This document shows, piece by piece, positions 17,127-26,450 of a stretch of 42,921 nucleotides of DNA. How positions within the stretch are numbered: position 1 is the first letter of the stretch; the number at the start of each line of letters is the position of its first letter. The notes below the pieces were generated by a model that was not told the origin of the DNA, made no database searches, and saw nothing but the letters and a program-made list of their open reading frames with translations. Source of the DNA: Actinomycetota bacterium (lineage in GTDB: Bacteria; Actinomycetota; Acidimicrobiia; Acidimicrobiales; VFJN01); assembly GCA_046734695.1 (NCBI GenBank), contig JBKPRS010000151.1, positions 1 through 42,921 of the forward strand, in the 5' to 3' direction. A program made the position numbers and the translations under genes.

Positions 17127-19921
17127 GCCGGCTGCTCCGTCGTCGTGCCCGCGGAGCCGAGGTACGCCTCGATGACGCCGGTGTCGCCGGCGATTTCGCC
17201 GGGCGGGCCCTCGGCGATCTTGCGGCCGAAGTCGAGCACCACCATCCGGTCGCAGGTCTGTAACAGGAGAGGCACGTCGTGCTCGATGACGAGGATGCCG
17301 ATCCCGTGGCGCTGCGCCATCGTCCGGATCGTCTGGCCGAGCTCGCCGGCCTCGCGGGAGTCCAGGCCTGCCGCCGGCTCGTCGAGCAGCAGCACCGCCG
17401 GCTCGCTGACCAGGGCCCGGACGATGCCGACCAGCCGCGACACGCCGTGGGGCAGCGCGGAGGGGCGCTGGTCGAGCACGTCGCCGAGCCCGAACTCGGC
17501 GACGAGGTCGTCCAGCAGCGCCGTGGGCGCCTGCCGGCCGGGGTGCACCAGCCCCACCAGGTACTGCCAGCGGGACTGGTCGTCCGCCGCGACCAGGAGG
17601 TTCTCCCGGACCGTCATCTCCTCGAACAGCTCGACCGCCTGCCACGAGCGCACGATCCCGGCCCGGGCCCGCCGCTCGACGGACCAGCCGTCGATGGGGG
17701 CGCCGTCGAAGCGCACGGAGCCCCGCGCCGGAGCGGTGAAGCCGGTGACCACGTCGAGCAGGGTCGTCTTGCCGGCGCCGTTGGGGCCGATGAGCCCGAC
17801 GACCTCGCCCGGCTCGACCGAGAAGCTCACGCTGTCGAGGGCGACGACGCCGCCGAAGGAGACGCCGACGTCGCTGACCTCGAGCGTCGCCGGGGCCCGG
17901 CGGGGACGGGGCGGCGCGGCCACCGGCGAAGTGCGCTGCCGCGGGACCCGGAACGGCGCGGTGATGCGCTCCGCGGAGCGCGACCACAGGGACGCGACCC
18001 CGTCGGGAGCCTGGCGCAGCACCGTCACCGCCCCCACGCCCGAGAGCACGGCGAGCCACGACACGATGTCGGTCCCCTCGGGGACGATCTTGGCGAAGAT
18101 CACCTGGCTGATGGCGGTCGGTGCCCCGGCGGCGGCGAGGACGACGCCGGACACCCAGGCCAGGCCGCCGACGACGGCGTACTGGATGAGCAGGACCGAC
18201 CCGATGACGCTGTAGACGGTCAGCTGCACGTTGGGCTGGCGCAGTGACAGCAGCGCCCCCCCGAGCGACGCGATCGCGGCGGCGACCGCGAAGGCGTACA
18301 CCTTGGCCCCCACGACACCTACGCCGAGCGACGCCGCGGCCCGCTCGTTGCTGCGCACCGCCAGCAGCCGGGCGCCGGCCCGGCCCCGGCGCACGTTGGC
18401 GACCAACAGCCCGACCAGCACGAGGATCACGAGCACGAACACGCCGTAGCGCTGCGGGTGGTTCAGCGGGTCGAGGTCCATCCCGAGGAACGACAGGTCG
18501 TCGATCGGCAGCCCCCGGACGCCGCCGATCAGGGCGCTGTTGGTGAAGATCAGCGAGCTGAACATCAGCGCCACGGCCAGGGTGGCCACCGCCAGGCTGG
18601 TGCCGCGGGTGCGGACCGCAGGCAGGGCCAGGACCAGGCCGACCAGAGTCGTCAGGACGATCCCGCTGAGCAGCGCCAGCTCGAAGGGCCAGCCGTTGAC
18701 CGACACGAGCCGGGCCACGATCCACGCCCCGAAGCCGGCGAGGGCGTACTGGCACAGCGACAGCTGACCGGCGTAGCCGGCCACGAGGACGACCGAGGCC
18801 AGGATGATGGCGATGGCGAACGTGGCGATGAGGGCGCTGGTCCACGTGTCGACGCCGAAGAGGAGCGCCACGCCCACGACCACCCCCACGATCAGCGGCA
18901 GCAGCGACACCGAGCCCGAGCCCGGCAGCGGCAGCCGGGCGACGGTCTCGCCCCGCTGCAGCCGCGAGCGGCCCGTGACGATCATGTAGATGAGGATGAT
19001 CGCCAGCGGGACGGCCGAGACGAGGCCGGTGAGCGACGCCGCCGACACGCCGAGGGCGTCGGCGATGTCCGGCTGGAACAGCGAGATCTCGCTCTGGACG
19101 ATCCCGATCGCCAGGGCAGCCGCGACCGTGACGCCGAACGACGAGAAGCGGCCGACCAGGGCGGCGGCCAGCGCCGGGATCACCGCGATCGACAGCACCG
19201 CGGCGTTGAGCGTCACGATGGGGGCGAGGAGGATGGCGGCCAGCGCCGAGAGGCCCCCGGCGACGGCGAAGTTCACGAGCTCGATCCGGTTCGGCGCCCA
19301 GCCGGCGCTCGCCGCCACCCGGCGGTTCTCGGCCACCGCCGAGGTGGCCAGGCCGAACAGCGTTCCCGAGTAGACGAACCGCAGCACCACGGCACAGGCC
19401 AGAGCGATGCCGATGAGCAGCAGGCGGTCGAGGCCGATCATCACGTCGCCGAACAGCGTCACGTTGCGCGACGGCAGCATCGGCCGGGGCTGCACGATGG
19501 CGGCGCCCCAGCGCAGGACCATGAACGCCTGGCCGGCCCCGAACAGCCCGAGGGTGGCGATGAGCCGCGCCAGCTGCGAGGCGTCGCGCAGCATCGCCAG
19601 CACGGCGTAGGTCAGCAGCCCGAGCAGGACGCCGGCGACGAGGCCGAGAGCCACCGCCACCGGCGTGGCCATGGTGTCGCGCAGGTCGTAGCAGTAGTAG
19701 GCGGCGATCCCGCCCATGGCTCCGGCGCTGAAGTTCAGGACGCCCGACGCCCGGTACACGATGACGATGCCGAGCGCGACGAGAGCGGTGAGGGCACCCG
19801 TCGCGGTGCCGAGCAGCACGAAGCGCAGCGACGCCTCGCTGAACAGTGCCGTGGCCAGGACGCTCACGAATCCCCCTCCCGAGGCGGCGGCCGGAGCGCT
19901 GGCCGTCGCCGGCGCCAACAT
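17123..19921 (-). CDS. Single-polypeptide fusion of LivH-like permease, LivM-like permease and LivG-like ATPase
   Basis: One uninterrupted 932-codon frame with three parts: N-terminal LivH-like (IVIVYRASGVLNFSAGAMGG), central LivM-like (GYAGQLSLCQYALAGFGAW ... LLAVRSNERAAASLGV) and C-terminal LivG-like ([24 protein letters not shown]). Confidence 0.8.
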   Translation of the reverse strand: MLAPATASAPAAASGGGFVSVLATALFSEASLRFVLLGTATGALTALVALGIVIVYRASGVLNFSAGAMGGIAAYYCYDLRDTMATPVAVALGLVAGVLLGLLTYAVLAMLRDASQLARLIATLGLFGAGQAFMVLRWGAAIVQPRPMLPSRNVTLFGDVMIGLDRLLLIGIALACAVVLRFVYSGTLFGLATSAVAENRRVAASAGWAPNRIELVNFAVAGGLSALAAILLAPIVTLNAAVLSIAVIPALAAALVGRFSSFGVTVAAALAIGIVQSEISLFQPDIADALGVSAASLTGLVSAVPLAIILIYMIVTGRSRLQRGETVARLPLPGSGSVSLLPLIVGVVVGVALLFGVDTWTSALIATFAIAIILASVVLVAGYAGQLSLCQYALAGFGAWIVARLVSVNGWPFELALLSGIVLTTLVGLVLALPAVRTRGTSLAVATLAVALMFSSLIFTNSALIGGVRGLPIDDLSFLGMDLDPLNHPQRYGVFVLVILVLVGLLVANVRRGRAGARLLAVRSNERAAASLGVGVVGAKVYAFAVAAAIASLGGALLSLRQPNVQLTVYSVIGSVLLIQYAVVGGLAWVSGVVLAAAGAPTAISQVIFAKIVPEGTDIVSWLAVLSGVGAVTVLRQAPDGVASLWSRSAERITAPFRVPRQRTSPVAAPPRPRRAPATLEVSDVGVSFGGVVALDSVSFSVEPGEVVGLIGPNGAGKTTLLDVVTGFTAPARGSVRFDGAPIDGWSVERRARAGIVRSWQAVELFEEMTVRENLLVAADDQSRWQYLVGLVHPGRQAPTALLDDLVAEFGLGDVLDQRPSALPHGVSRLVGIVRALVSEPAVLLLDEPAAGLDSREAGELGQTIRTMAQRHGIGILVIEHDVPLLLQTCDRMVVLDFGRKIAEGPPGEIAGDTGVIEAYLGSAGTTTEQPA

Positions 19922-19983
19922 AGCTGCGCTACGGATCTGCCGCCCCGAGTCCGGGAGAAGTCGCCAGCCGGCTCCCGGCGATC

Positions 19984-19998
19984 GTCAATATTGTTGAC
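19984..19998. promoter_or_regulatory. AT-rich inverted repeat GTCAA-TATTG-TTGAC upstream of the liv-like fusion gene
   Basis: Exact 5-bp arms in the 98-bp spacer between the acyl-CoA ligase stop (20020) and the liv fusion start (19921). On the minus strand it contains TTGACG, a -35-like hexamer. Confidence 0.35.
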
Positions 19999-20019
19999 GC
20001 TTGGCCCGGTTGGCCGGTG

Positions 20020-21735
20020 TCAGCCCGCCGGCACGACCTCGTCCCGCAGCTGCCGCTTGAGCACCTTCCCCGCGGGGTTGCGGGGGAGGTCGTCGCCCCG
20101 GAACCAGATGTGCACGGGCACCTTGAACGCCGCCAGGCGCTCCCGCACGTGGGCCTGGATGTCCTCGGCGCCGGCGTGGGTGCCCGGCTTGAGCTGGATG
20201 ACGGCACCGACCTCCTCGCCGAGGACCTGGTGGGGCACGCCGATGACGGCGGCGTCGAGGACGGCGGGATGCTCGAAGATCGCGGCCTCGACCTCCGAGC
20301 AGTACACGTTCTCGCCGCCCCGGATGATCATGTCCTTGGCCCGGTCGACGATGAAGACGAAGCCCTCCTCGTCGATGTGGGCGACGTCGCCGCTGTGCAG
20401 CCACCCGTCCGAGAACGATTGGGCGGTCGCCTCGGGCTTGCCCCAGTAGCCGCGCACGACGTTCGGCCCCTTGATCCAGAGCTCCCCGGTGTCCCCCTCG
20501 GGCAGGTCCCGGCCCAGCTCGTCGACGACCTTGAGGTCGCACACGGGCACGGGCACGCCGACGCTGTCGGGCTTGCGCAGGTAGTCGGCGCCGCCGTTGC
20601 CCGTGGTCAGGCTGGACGTCTCGGTGAGCCCGTAGCCGTTCGACGGCGTGCGGCCCGGGAACATCTCCTCGATCTTGCGGACCAGCTCGGGCGGGGCCGG
20701 GGCACCGCCGTAGCCGATGCTCTGGACGCTGGAGATGTCGCGCTTGTCGAAGTCCGGGGACTGGAGCACCTGCCACACCATCGACGGCACGCCGCCGAAG
20801 GCCGTGATGCGCTCGCGCTCGATCAGCTCCAGGGCCCGCTCGGGGCTCCACTTGAACATCAGCACGAGCTTCGAGCCCGACGCCACCGCCCCCTGGAGCA
20901 CCGAGTGGCAGCCCGTGGCGTGGAAGAACGGGACCGACAGCAGGCTGGCGCTCTGGGTCGGTGCGCCCTCCGGCTTCGGGGGCGCCTCGGGCCGCGGGCT
21001 GCGCATCGCCGTGCGGGTGCCGGAGAACGCCAGCGACATGATGTTCGTGGTGAAGTTCCGCTGGGTCCCGAGGGCACCCTTGGGACGGCCGGTGGTGCCC
21101 GAGGTGTAGAAGATCGTCGCGTCGTCGTCGGGGTGGATCTCGACTTCGGGCAGCGCCGGCGGGCTCGCGGGATCGGGCCGGCCGACCACGTCCTCCCAGG
21201 CGACGCCGCCCTCGGGGACCTCGCCGCGCACGACGATCGTCGTGAGGCCGGGCAGGTGGGGGAGGTGCTCGGCGAGCCGCTCCATCCGCTCGCCGTCGGC
21301 GATGAGCACCTTCGTCCCCGAGTCGGACAGGCCGTACTCGAGCTCGGGCCCGGTCCACCAGGCGTTCAGCGGCACGACGATGGCCCCGGCCGCGGCGGCG
21401 CCGAAGAACGCGATGGGCCACTCGGGGAAGTTGCGCATGGCGATGGCGACCCGGTCGCCGTGGCCCACACCGAAGTCGTCGACCAGGGCGTTGGCGAACG
21501 CCGACGCGGCGGCGTGGTGCTCGGCGAAGGTCATCCGCTCGTCCTCGTAGACGATGAACGAGGCGTCGCCGTGCGCCCGGCTGGCCTCCAGCAGGGCGCG
21601 GATGGACGGCAGCGCGTTCTTCCAGGTCTTCGTGGGCCGGCCGTCGATCTCGACGACCTCGATCTCGAACGGCGACCCCGGGGTGGTCAGCTGCGCGTGG
21701 GCGTCGGCGATGGAGATCGGTGCGGGTGCGGGCAT
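20020..21735 (-). CDS. AMP-dependent acyl-CoA synthetase/ligase (FadD-like)
   Basis: AMP-binding motif FYTSGTTGRPKGA, plus GYGLTETS and IIRGGENVY. The ATG at 21735 lies 10 nt after the crotonase stop, with AGAGAGGGG upstream. Confidence 0.9.
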   Translation of the reverse strand: MPAPAPISIADAHAQLTTPGSPFEIEVVEIDGRPTKTWKNALPSIRALLEASRAHGDASFIVYEDERMTFAEHHAAASAFANALVDDFGVGHGDRVAIAMRNFPEWPIAFFGAAAAGAIVVPLNAWWTGPELEYGLSDSGTKVLIADGERMERLAEHLPHLPGLTTIVVRGEVPEGGVAWEDVVGRPDPASPPALPEVEIHPDDDATIFYTSGTTGRPKGALGTQRNFTTNIMSLAFSGTRTAMRSPRPEAPPKPEGAPTQSASLLSVPFFHATGCHSVLQGAVASGSKLVLMFKWSPERALELIERERITAFGGVPSMVWQVLQSPDFDKRDISSVQSIGYGGAPAPPELVRKIEEMFPGRTPSNGYGLTETSSLTTGNGGADYLRKPDSVGVPVPVCDLKVVDELGRDLPEGDTGELWIKGPNVVRGYWGKPEATAQSFSDGWLHSGDVAHIDEEGFVFIVDRAKDMIIRGGENVYCSEVEAAIFEHPAVLDAAVIGVPHQVLGEEVGAVIQLKPGTHAGAEDIQAHVRERLAAFKVPVHIWFRGDDLPRNPAGKVLKRQLRDEVVPAG

Positions 21736-21745
21736 GCCCCTCTCT

Positions 21746-22507
21746 TTACCCCTCCCGGGACGCCTTCGCCCGGGCGATGACCTCCTCGCGGTGCGACGCG
21801 ATCGAGGCTCCGGTGGGCGTGGCGGTCGCGTAGAGCGCGGCGCCGTGCTGGGCGTGGAGGCGGCGGGCCTCGCGCCGGGGCGTGCCGACGGTCGCCTCCC
21901 AGTCCTGACGCATCGTGGTGACCATGTCACGGGGCTGCTCGGCGATGGCGTGCGCCTTGGTCAGGGCGAAGGGGACGAGCTCGTCGTGGGCCACGACGTG
22001 GTTGGCGATGCCGATGCGCAGGGCCGTGGCCGCGTCGACGAAGTCGCCGGTGAGCGACATCTCGTGGGCCCACGCCTCGCCCACCCGCCGGGGCAGGTCC
22101 ACGAGCACGGGACCGGGGTAGACGCCGACCCGCAGGTGGGTGTCGGCGAAGGCTGCCCGCTCGGAGGCGATGATGAAGTCGCAGGCCAGGGCCAGCTCGA
22201 ACCCGCCGGTGACGGCCGGCCCGTTGACGGCGGCGATCATCGGCACGGACGACGAGGCGGCCGCGGCGATGAAGCCGGGCAGCTCGGTGAGCGTGGCGAC
22301 GCCCAGGTCCCGCAGGTCCAGCCCGGCGCAGAAGGCGGGATCCTCCCCGGTCAGCACGATGCAGGCGGCGTCCTGGCAGGCTGCGATGGCATCGCAGGTG
22401 GCCGTGGCCATCGCCTTGTTCATGGCGTTGCGGGCCTCGGGCCGCGCCAGCACGACCAGGGCGACGTCGCCGTCCCGCTCGACCTTCACCAGCTCTCGCT
22501 CGCTCAT
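21746..22507 (-). CDS. Enoyl-CoA hydratase/isomerase (crotonase) family protein
   Basis: VALVVLARPEARNAM ... VLTGEDPAFCAGLDL ... AAVNGPAVTGGFELALACDF. The ATG at 22507 is preceded by GGGGAAGG; the ORF-track GTG at 22513 is an alternative start. Confidence 0.9.
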   Translation of the reverse strand: MSERELVKVERDGDVALVVLARPEARNAMNKAMATATCDAIAACQDAACIVLTGEDPAFCAGLDLRDLGVATLTELPGFIAAAASSSVPMIAAVNGPAVTGGFELALACDFIIASERAAFADTHLRVGVYPGPVLVDLPRRVGEAWAHEMSLTGDFVDAATALRIGIANHVVAHDELVPFALTKAHAIAEQPRDMVTTMRQDWEATVGTPRREARRLHAQHGAALYATATPTGASIASHREEVIARAKASREG

Positions 22508-22595
22508 CGGCACCTTCCCCTGGGCTCGCCCCGCATAGTTGCCGATGCACCCGCCGGCCGCTACCGCCGCGCCGTCGAGGTGGCTTGCCGTGCGC

Positions 22596-23024
22596 TCAGG
22601 CCGGGACGACGACGACGGGGCATGCGGCCTCGTGGATGAGACGGCCGCTCACTGTCCCGAGACGTCCCCCGTGGCAGCCGCTGAGGCCGCGCCGCCCTAC
22701 GACGACGAGGTCGGCGTCCCGGGAGGCACGCAACAGGGTGCTGGTCGCGTCCCCGCACGTCACCCGGGTGGTGATCGGGGCCACCAGCCCGCGCTCGTCG
22801 AGCTGGTCCAGCACGTCCCGGAGCTCGCGTCGCGCCTCCTGCTCCAGGGGGTGGGGTGACGCGAGCGCCGCGGCGATGCGGTTGGGGCCCATCTCGGGTG
22901 CCGACCAGGATGGACCGCTTCCCTTCGACGATCCGGAGGCGGCCGCGAGGCCGTGGCGGAGAGGCGAGCGGCGGTCGCTAGCTACGATCCCCGCTGTACG
23001 CGCGGCGAGCACACGAGGGGACAC
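22596..23024 (-). CDS. Universal stress protein (UspA-family) with a divergent N-terminal half
   Basis: The C-terminal ATP-binding motif G-x2-G-x9-G-T is intact (VVVGRRGLSGCHGGRLGTVSGRLIHEAACPVVVV). The N-terminus is less canonical. The start is GTG at 23024 or 23012. Confidence 0.6.
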   Translation of the reverse strand: MSPRVLAARTAGIVASDRRSPLRHGLAAASGSSKGSGPSWSAPEMGPNRIAAALASPHPLEQEARRELRDVLDQLDERGLVAPITTRVTCGDATSTLLRASRDADLVVVGRRGLSGCHGGRLGTVSGRLIHEAACPVVVVPA

Positions 23025-23026
23025 TC

Positions 23027-24298
23027 ATGGCGCAGGCGCACGAAATCACAGATCCGGAGTTCTGGCGCCTGCCGCTGGCGGAGCGCATGGCCCAGTTCGC
23101 GGTATGGCGGGAGGAGGGCCCGTTCTACCGGGCCATCCAGCCCACGATGCTGTGGGGGGAGGAGGGATCAGAGCCGTTCTTCGCCGTCACCCGCTACGCC
23201 GAGGTGCTGGAGATCAGCCGGCGGCCCCTCGACTTCTGCTCGGGGAGGGGCTCGACCGCCATCCCCGACATGCCGGCCGAGGCCATGGAGTTCTTCGGTT
23301 CGTTCATCGTGATGGACGACCCCCGCCACGCCCGCCAGCGGGGGATCGTGGCCCGGTCGTTCACGCCCCGCCAGCTCCAGGGGGTGCTCGACTCGGTGTC
23401 CACGATCTGCACCGAGGTGATCGACGGCTTCTGCGAGCACGGCGAGGCCGACCTGGTGCAGGTGCTGTCGCAGCCGTTCCCGCTGCTGATCATCTGCGAC
23501 ATGATGGGCATCCCCCGCAGCGAGTTCCGCACGGTGCTCGACGCCACCAACGTGATCCTCGGGGCCGGCGATCCCGAGGTGCTGGGGGGCCGGGACGTGA
23601 TGTCGGCCGGGTTGGAGGCGGGCATGGCGCTCACCAACCTCATGAACGACGTGGCCGAGCACCGGCGCAAGAACCCGGCCGACGACCTCACCACCGCGCT
23701 GGTCCACACCGACCTCGGCGAGGACATGCTGGCTCCGGCCGAGATCGCCCCGTTCTTCATCCTCCTGGCGGTGGCGGGCAACGACACGACCCGCAACGCC
23801 ATCACCCACGGCATGAACCTGCTGTCGCTCAACCCCGAGCAGCGGGCGGTCTGGCAGGGCGACCTCGACAGCGTGACCACCTCGGCCGTCGAGGAGATCG
23901 TGCGGGTGGCGTCGCCGGTCACCTTCATGCGGCGGACGGTCACGCGGGACCTGACCCTGTCGGGCCAGGACTTCGTCGACGGCGACAAGCTGGTGCTGTT
24001 CTACGGCGCCGCCAACCGCGACCCCCGGGAGTTCGACGATCCCGAGCGCTTCGACGTCCGCCGGAGCCCCAACAACCACGTCGGCTTCGGCGGCCCCGGG
24101 CCCCACTTCTGCCTGGGCGCCCACCTCGCCCGACGTGAGGTGGCCGTGGCGTTCCGGCAGCTGCTCACGCGACTGCCCGACATCGAGGTGGCCGGCGACC
24201 CGGTGCCGCTCCAGGCCCTCGGGATCCCGCTGGTCGCCGGCATCAAGCACCTGCCGGTGCAGTTCACGCCCACCGCCCCGACCGGCAGGGCGGCCTGA
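23027..24298 (+). CDS. Cytochrome P450
   Basis: Heme loop FGGPGPHFCLGAHLAR, ExxR (EEIVR) and I-helix AGNDTT. GAGGGGA lies 6 nt upstream of the ATG. Confidence 0.92.
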   Translation: MAQAHEITDPEFWRLPLAERMAQFAVWREEGPFYRAIQPTMLWGEEGSEPFFAVTRYAEVLEISRRPLDFCSGRGSTAIPDMPAEAMEFFGSFIVMDDPRHARQRGIVARSFTPRQLQGVLDSVSTICTEVIDGFCEHGEADLVQVLSQPFPLLIICDMMGIPRSEFRTVLDATNVILGAGDPEVLGGRDVMSAGLEAGMALTNLMNDVAEHRRKNPADDLTTALVHTDLGEDMLAPAEIAPFFILLAVAGNDTTRNAITHGMNLLSLNPEQRAVWQGDLDSVTTSAVEEIVRVASPVTFMRRTVTRDLTLSGQDFVDGDKLVLFYGAANRDPREFDDPERFDVRRSPNNHVGFGGPGPHFCLGAHLARREVAVAFRQLLTRLPDIEVAGDPVPLQALGIPLVAGIKHLPVQFTPTAPTGRAA

Positions 24299-24299
24299 G

Positions 24300-25301
24300 G
24301 TGGCGCGTCCCACCGACCTCGACGAGCAGTTCGTCCACCAGATCCCCGAGCTGCTCCCGACCGTCGTCACCCCGCACCCGCACTGGCGGGAGAGCTACTT
24401 CTTCGACGTCCACGACCCGTCCGGCACCGGTGACGTCGTGTTCTTCACCATGGCCCACTACCCGGCCCGCGAGCGCATGGACTCGCTGCAGATGGGCCGG
24501 GTCGGCGGGGTGCCGCTGATCGGCCTCCACGACCGGGCGTACGACGGCGACCCCCACACCACGGCCATGCCCGGCGCCCGGGTCGAGGTGGTCGAGCCGT
24601 GGCGGGAGATCCGCCTGTGGGCCGATCCCGAGACGTCGGCCATCGGCCTGGACATGACCTTCACCGCCCGCACCCAGCCCTACGGGCTCAAGCGGGGGAC
24701 CATGACCGCGGGCGACGAGATCGTCTGGGACCAGAGCCACATCTTCCAGTCGGGCAGCTACACCGGCAGCTACACGGTGGAGGGCGAGACGCGCTTCGTG
24801 GACGGCTGGATCGGGCAGCGGGACCACTCCTGGGGCATTCGCGACCACGGCCGCTGCCCGCTGTGGCAGTGGTTCCAGATCCAGCTCGACGACGGGTTCC
24901 TCGGCGTGTGGCACTGGGAGCTGCCCGACGGCCGCCACGTCTACACCGACGGCTGCTGGGCGGGCACGGACGGGAGCGACCCGGTGCCGGTCGTCGAGTT
25001 CCAGACCGACGTGGCCTGGCTCGACGCCGACGGCAAGCCGGCCGAGTACGGCCTCCACGGCGAGGAGGTGGCCCGCCTGGCCGGGCCCAGCACGTTCACG
25101 CTGGCCGGCGGGCGCACGATCGAGGTCGAGGCCGAGGGCACGTTCGCCCGGCCCTACGAGCCGTTCCAGCGGGGCGGCCTCAACCTGATGACGGTCCGCA
25201 CCGGCGACGGCCGCGAGGGCACCGCCATCTACGAGGTGACCGGCGCCCGCCACCACCGCTGGTTCCCGGCCACCGAGGTCCCCGGGGTGCTGCCCGGATG
25301 A
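24300..25301 (+). CDS. Conserved hypothetical protein, probably a beta-rich soluble enzyme or binding protein; family not assignable by eye
   Basis: The GTG at 24300 is 1 nt after the P450 stop, and the stop overlaps the next ATG. Distinctive motifs are HPHWRESYFFDV and QRDHSWGIRDH ... WQWFQ. The codon bias is good. Confidence 0.6.
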   Translation: MARPTDLDEQFVHQIPELLPTVVTPHPHWRESYFFDVHDPSGTGDVVFFTMAHYPARERMDSLQMGRVGGVPLIGLHDRAYDGDPHTTAMPGARVEVVEPWREIRLWADPETSAIGLDMTFTARTQPYGLKRGTMTAGDEIVWDQSHIFQSGSYTGSYTVEGETRFVDGWIGQRDHSWGIRDHGRCPLWQWFQIQLDDGFLGVWHWELPDGRHVYTDGCWAGTDGSDPVPVVEFQTDVAWLDADGKPAEYGLHGEEVARLAGPSTFTLAGGRTIEVEAEGTFARPYEPFQRGGLNLMTVRTGDGREGTAIYEVTGARHHRWFPATEVPGVLPG

Positions 25302-26392
25302 GCGCCGGTGAGCTGACGATCGCCGAGACGCCGGAGTCCCTCACCCCCGAGTGGCTGACCGCGGCCCTGGCGGCCGGCGGGCACCTCGGCGAGGCCCGGG
25401 TGGTGGCGGCGGAGACGACTCCGGTCGGCACCGGCCAGATGTGCGACAGCGTGCGCGTGGCGCTCACCTACGACGGCGCGACCGAGGCGCCCCGGACCCT
25501 GGTGGCCAAGCAGCCCGCCGCCGACCCGACCAGCCGGGCGACCGCCCTGGCGATGCGCAGCTACGAGAAGGAGGTGCGGTTCTACCAGGAGCTGGCCCCG
25601 ACGCTCGAAGTCCGCACACCGCGGGTTCTGCACGCCGACATCGACGTGGCGACGGCCGGCTTCGTCCTGCTGATGGAGGACATGGCGCCGGCCACCGCCG
25701 GCGACCAGCTCGCCGGCTGCGACGCCGAGGCCGCGGCCCTGGCGGTCGCCGAGCTGGTCAAGCTGCACGCTCCCCGGTGGGGCGACGAGTCGCTGAGAGC
25801 CATCGACTGGCTCTACAACGACCCGCCCGACGGGCGGGAGATCATGGCGACGATGTTGCCGATGCTGTGGGACGGCTTCCGGCAGCGCTACGCCGCCGAC
25901 GTCCTGCCCCACGTCTCGCTGGCGGGCGACGCGCTGTTCGGCGGCATGCGGCGCTACCTGGGCGGGTCGAGCTCACCCGCCACGGTCGTCCACGGCGACT
26001 ACCGACTGGACAACCTCTTGTTCTCGCCGCCACCCGCGTCCCGCCTGGCCGGGGTCGTGGACTGGCAGACGTGCGCGCTGGGCCCCGGCGTGCGGGACGT
26101 CGCCTACTTCCTGGGCGCCGGCCTCGACCCGGCCGAGCGGGCCCGCGTCGAGGAGGGCATCGTGCGGGACTACCACGCCGGCCTGGAAGCGGCCGGGGTC
26201 ACGGGCTACGCCTGGGACGAGTGCTGGGAGGAGTACCGGCTCGGCACGTTCGCCGGGCTGCTCATGGCGGTGGGGGCGTCGATGATGGTCGAGCGGACCG
26301 ATCGGGGCGACCAGATGTTCCTCACGATGGCCGACCGCCACGCGCGCCACGCGCTGGACCTCGAGGCCCCTGACCTGCTCACGGGCCCGTAG
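25298..26392 (+). CDS. Phosphotransferase-family (APH/ecdysteroid-kinase-like) protein
   Basis: Catalytic loop VHGDYRLDNLLF and metal-binding VVDWQTCALGP. ATGA overlap with the upstream gene. Confidence 0.85.
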   Translation: MSAGELTIAETPESLTPEWLTAALAAGGHLGEARVVAAETTPVGTGQMCDSVRVALTYDGATEAPRTLVAKQPAADPTSRATALAMRSYEKEVRFYQELAPTLEVRTPRVLHADIDVATAGFVLLMEDMAPATAGDQLAGCDAEAAALAVAELVKLHAPRWGDESLRAIDWLYNDPPDGREIMATMLPMLWDGFRQRYAADVLPHVSLAGDALFGGMRRYLGGSSSPATVVHGDYRLDNLLFSPPPASRLAGVVDWQTCALGPGVRDVAYFLGAGLDPAERARVEEGIVRDYHAGLEAAGVTGYAWDECWEEYRLGTFAGLLMAVGASMMVERTDRGDQMFLTMADRHARHALDLEAPDLLTGP

Positions 26393-26450
26393 TCGCTCGA
26401 GCACGGCCTGAGCCACGATCTCACCGCCGAGAAAGGCCGCGAGGACGACG

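Noticed and set aside
16423-18845. N-terminal extensions given by the ORF track. Examples: 15145-16818, 16419-18845, 20020-21930, 347-511, 5020-5496, 6096-6248, 24135-24299, 24599-25297, 28457-28537, 37142-38017, 41664-41960.
   Set aside because: The extended regions overlap the upstream gene in another frame, are Arg/Pro/Gly-rich, and precede internal starts that give canonical N-termini (signal peptides or Walker-A spacing) with ATGA/GTGA coupling or Shine-Dalgarno motifs.
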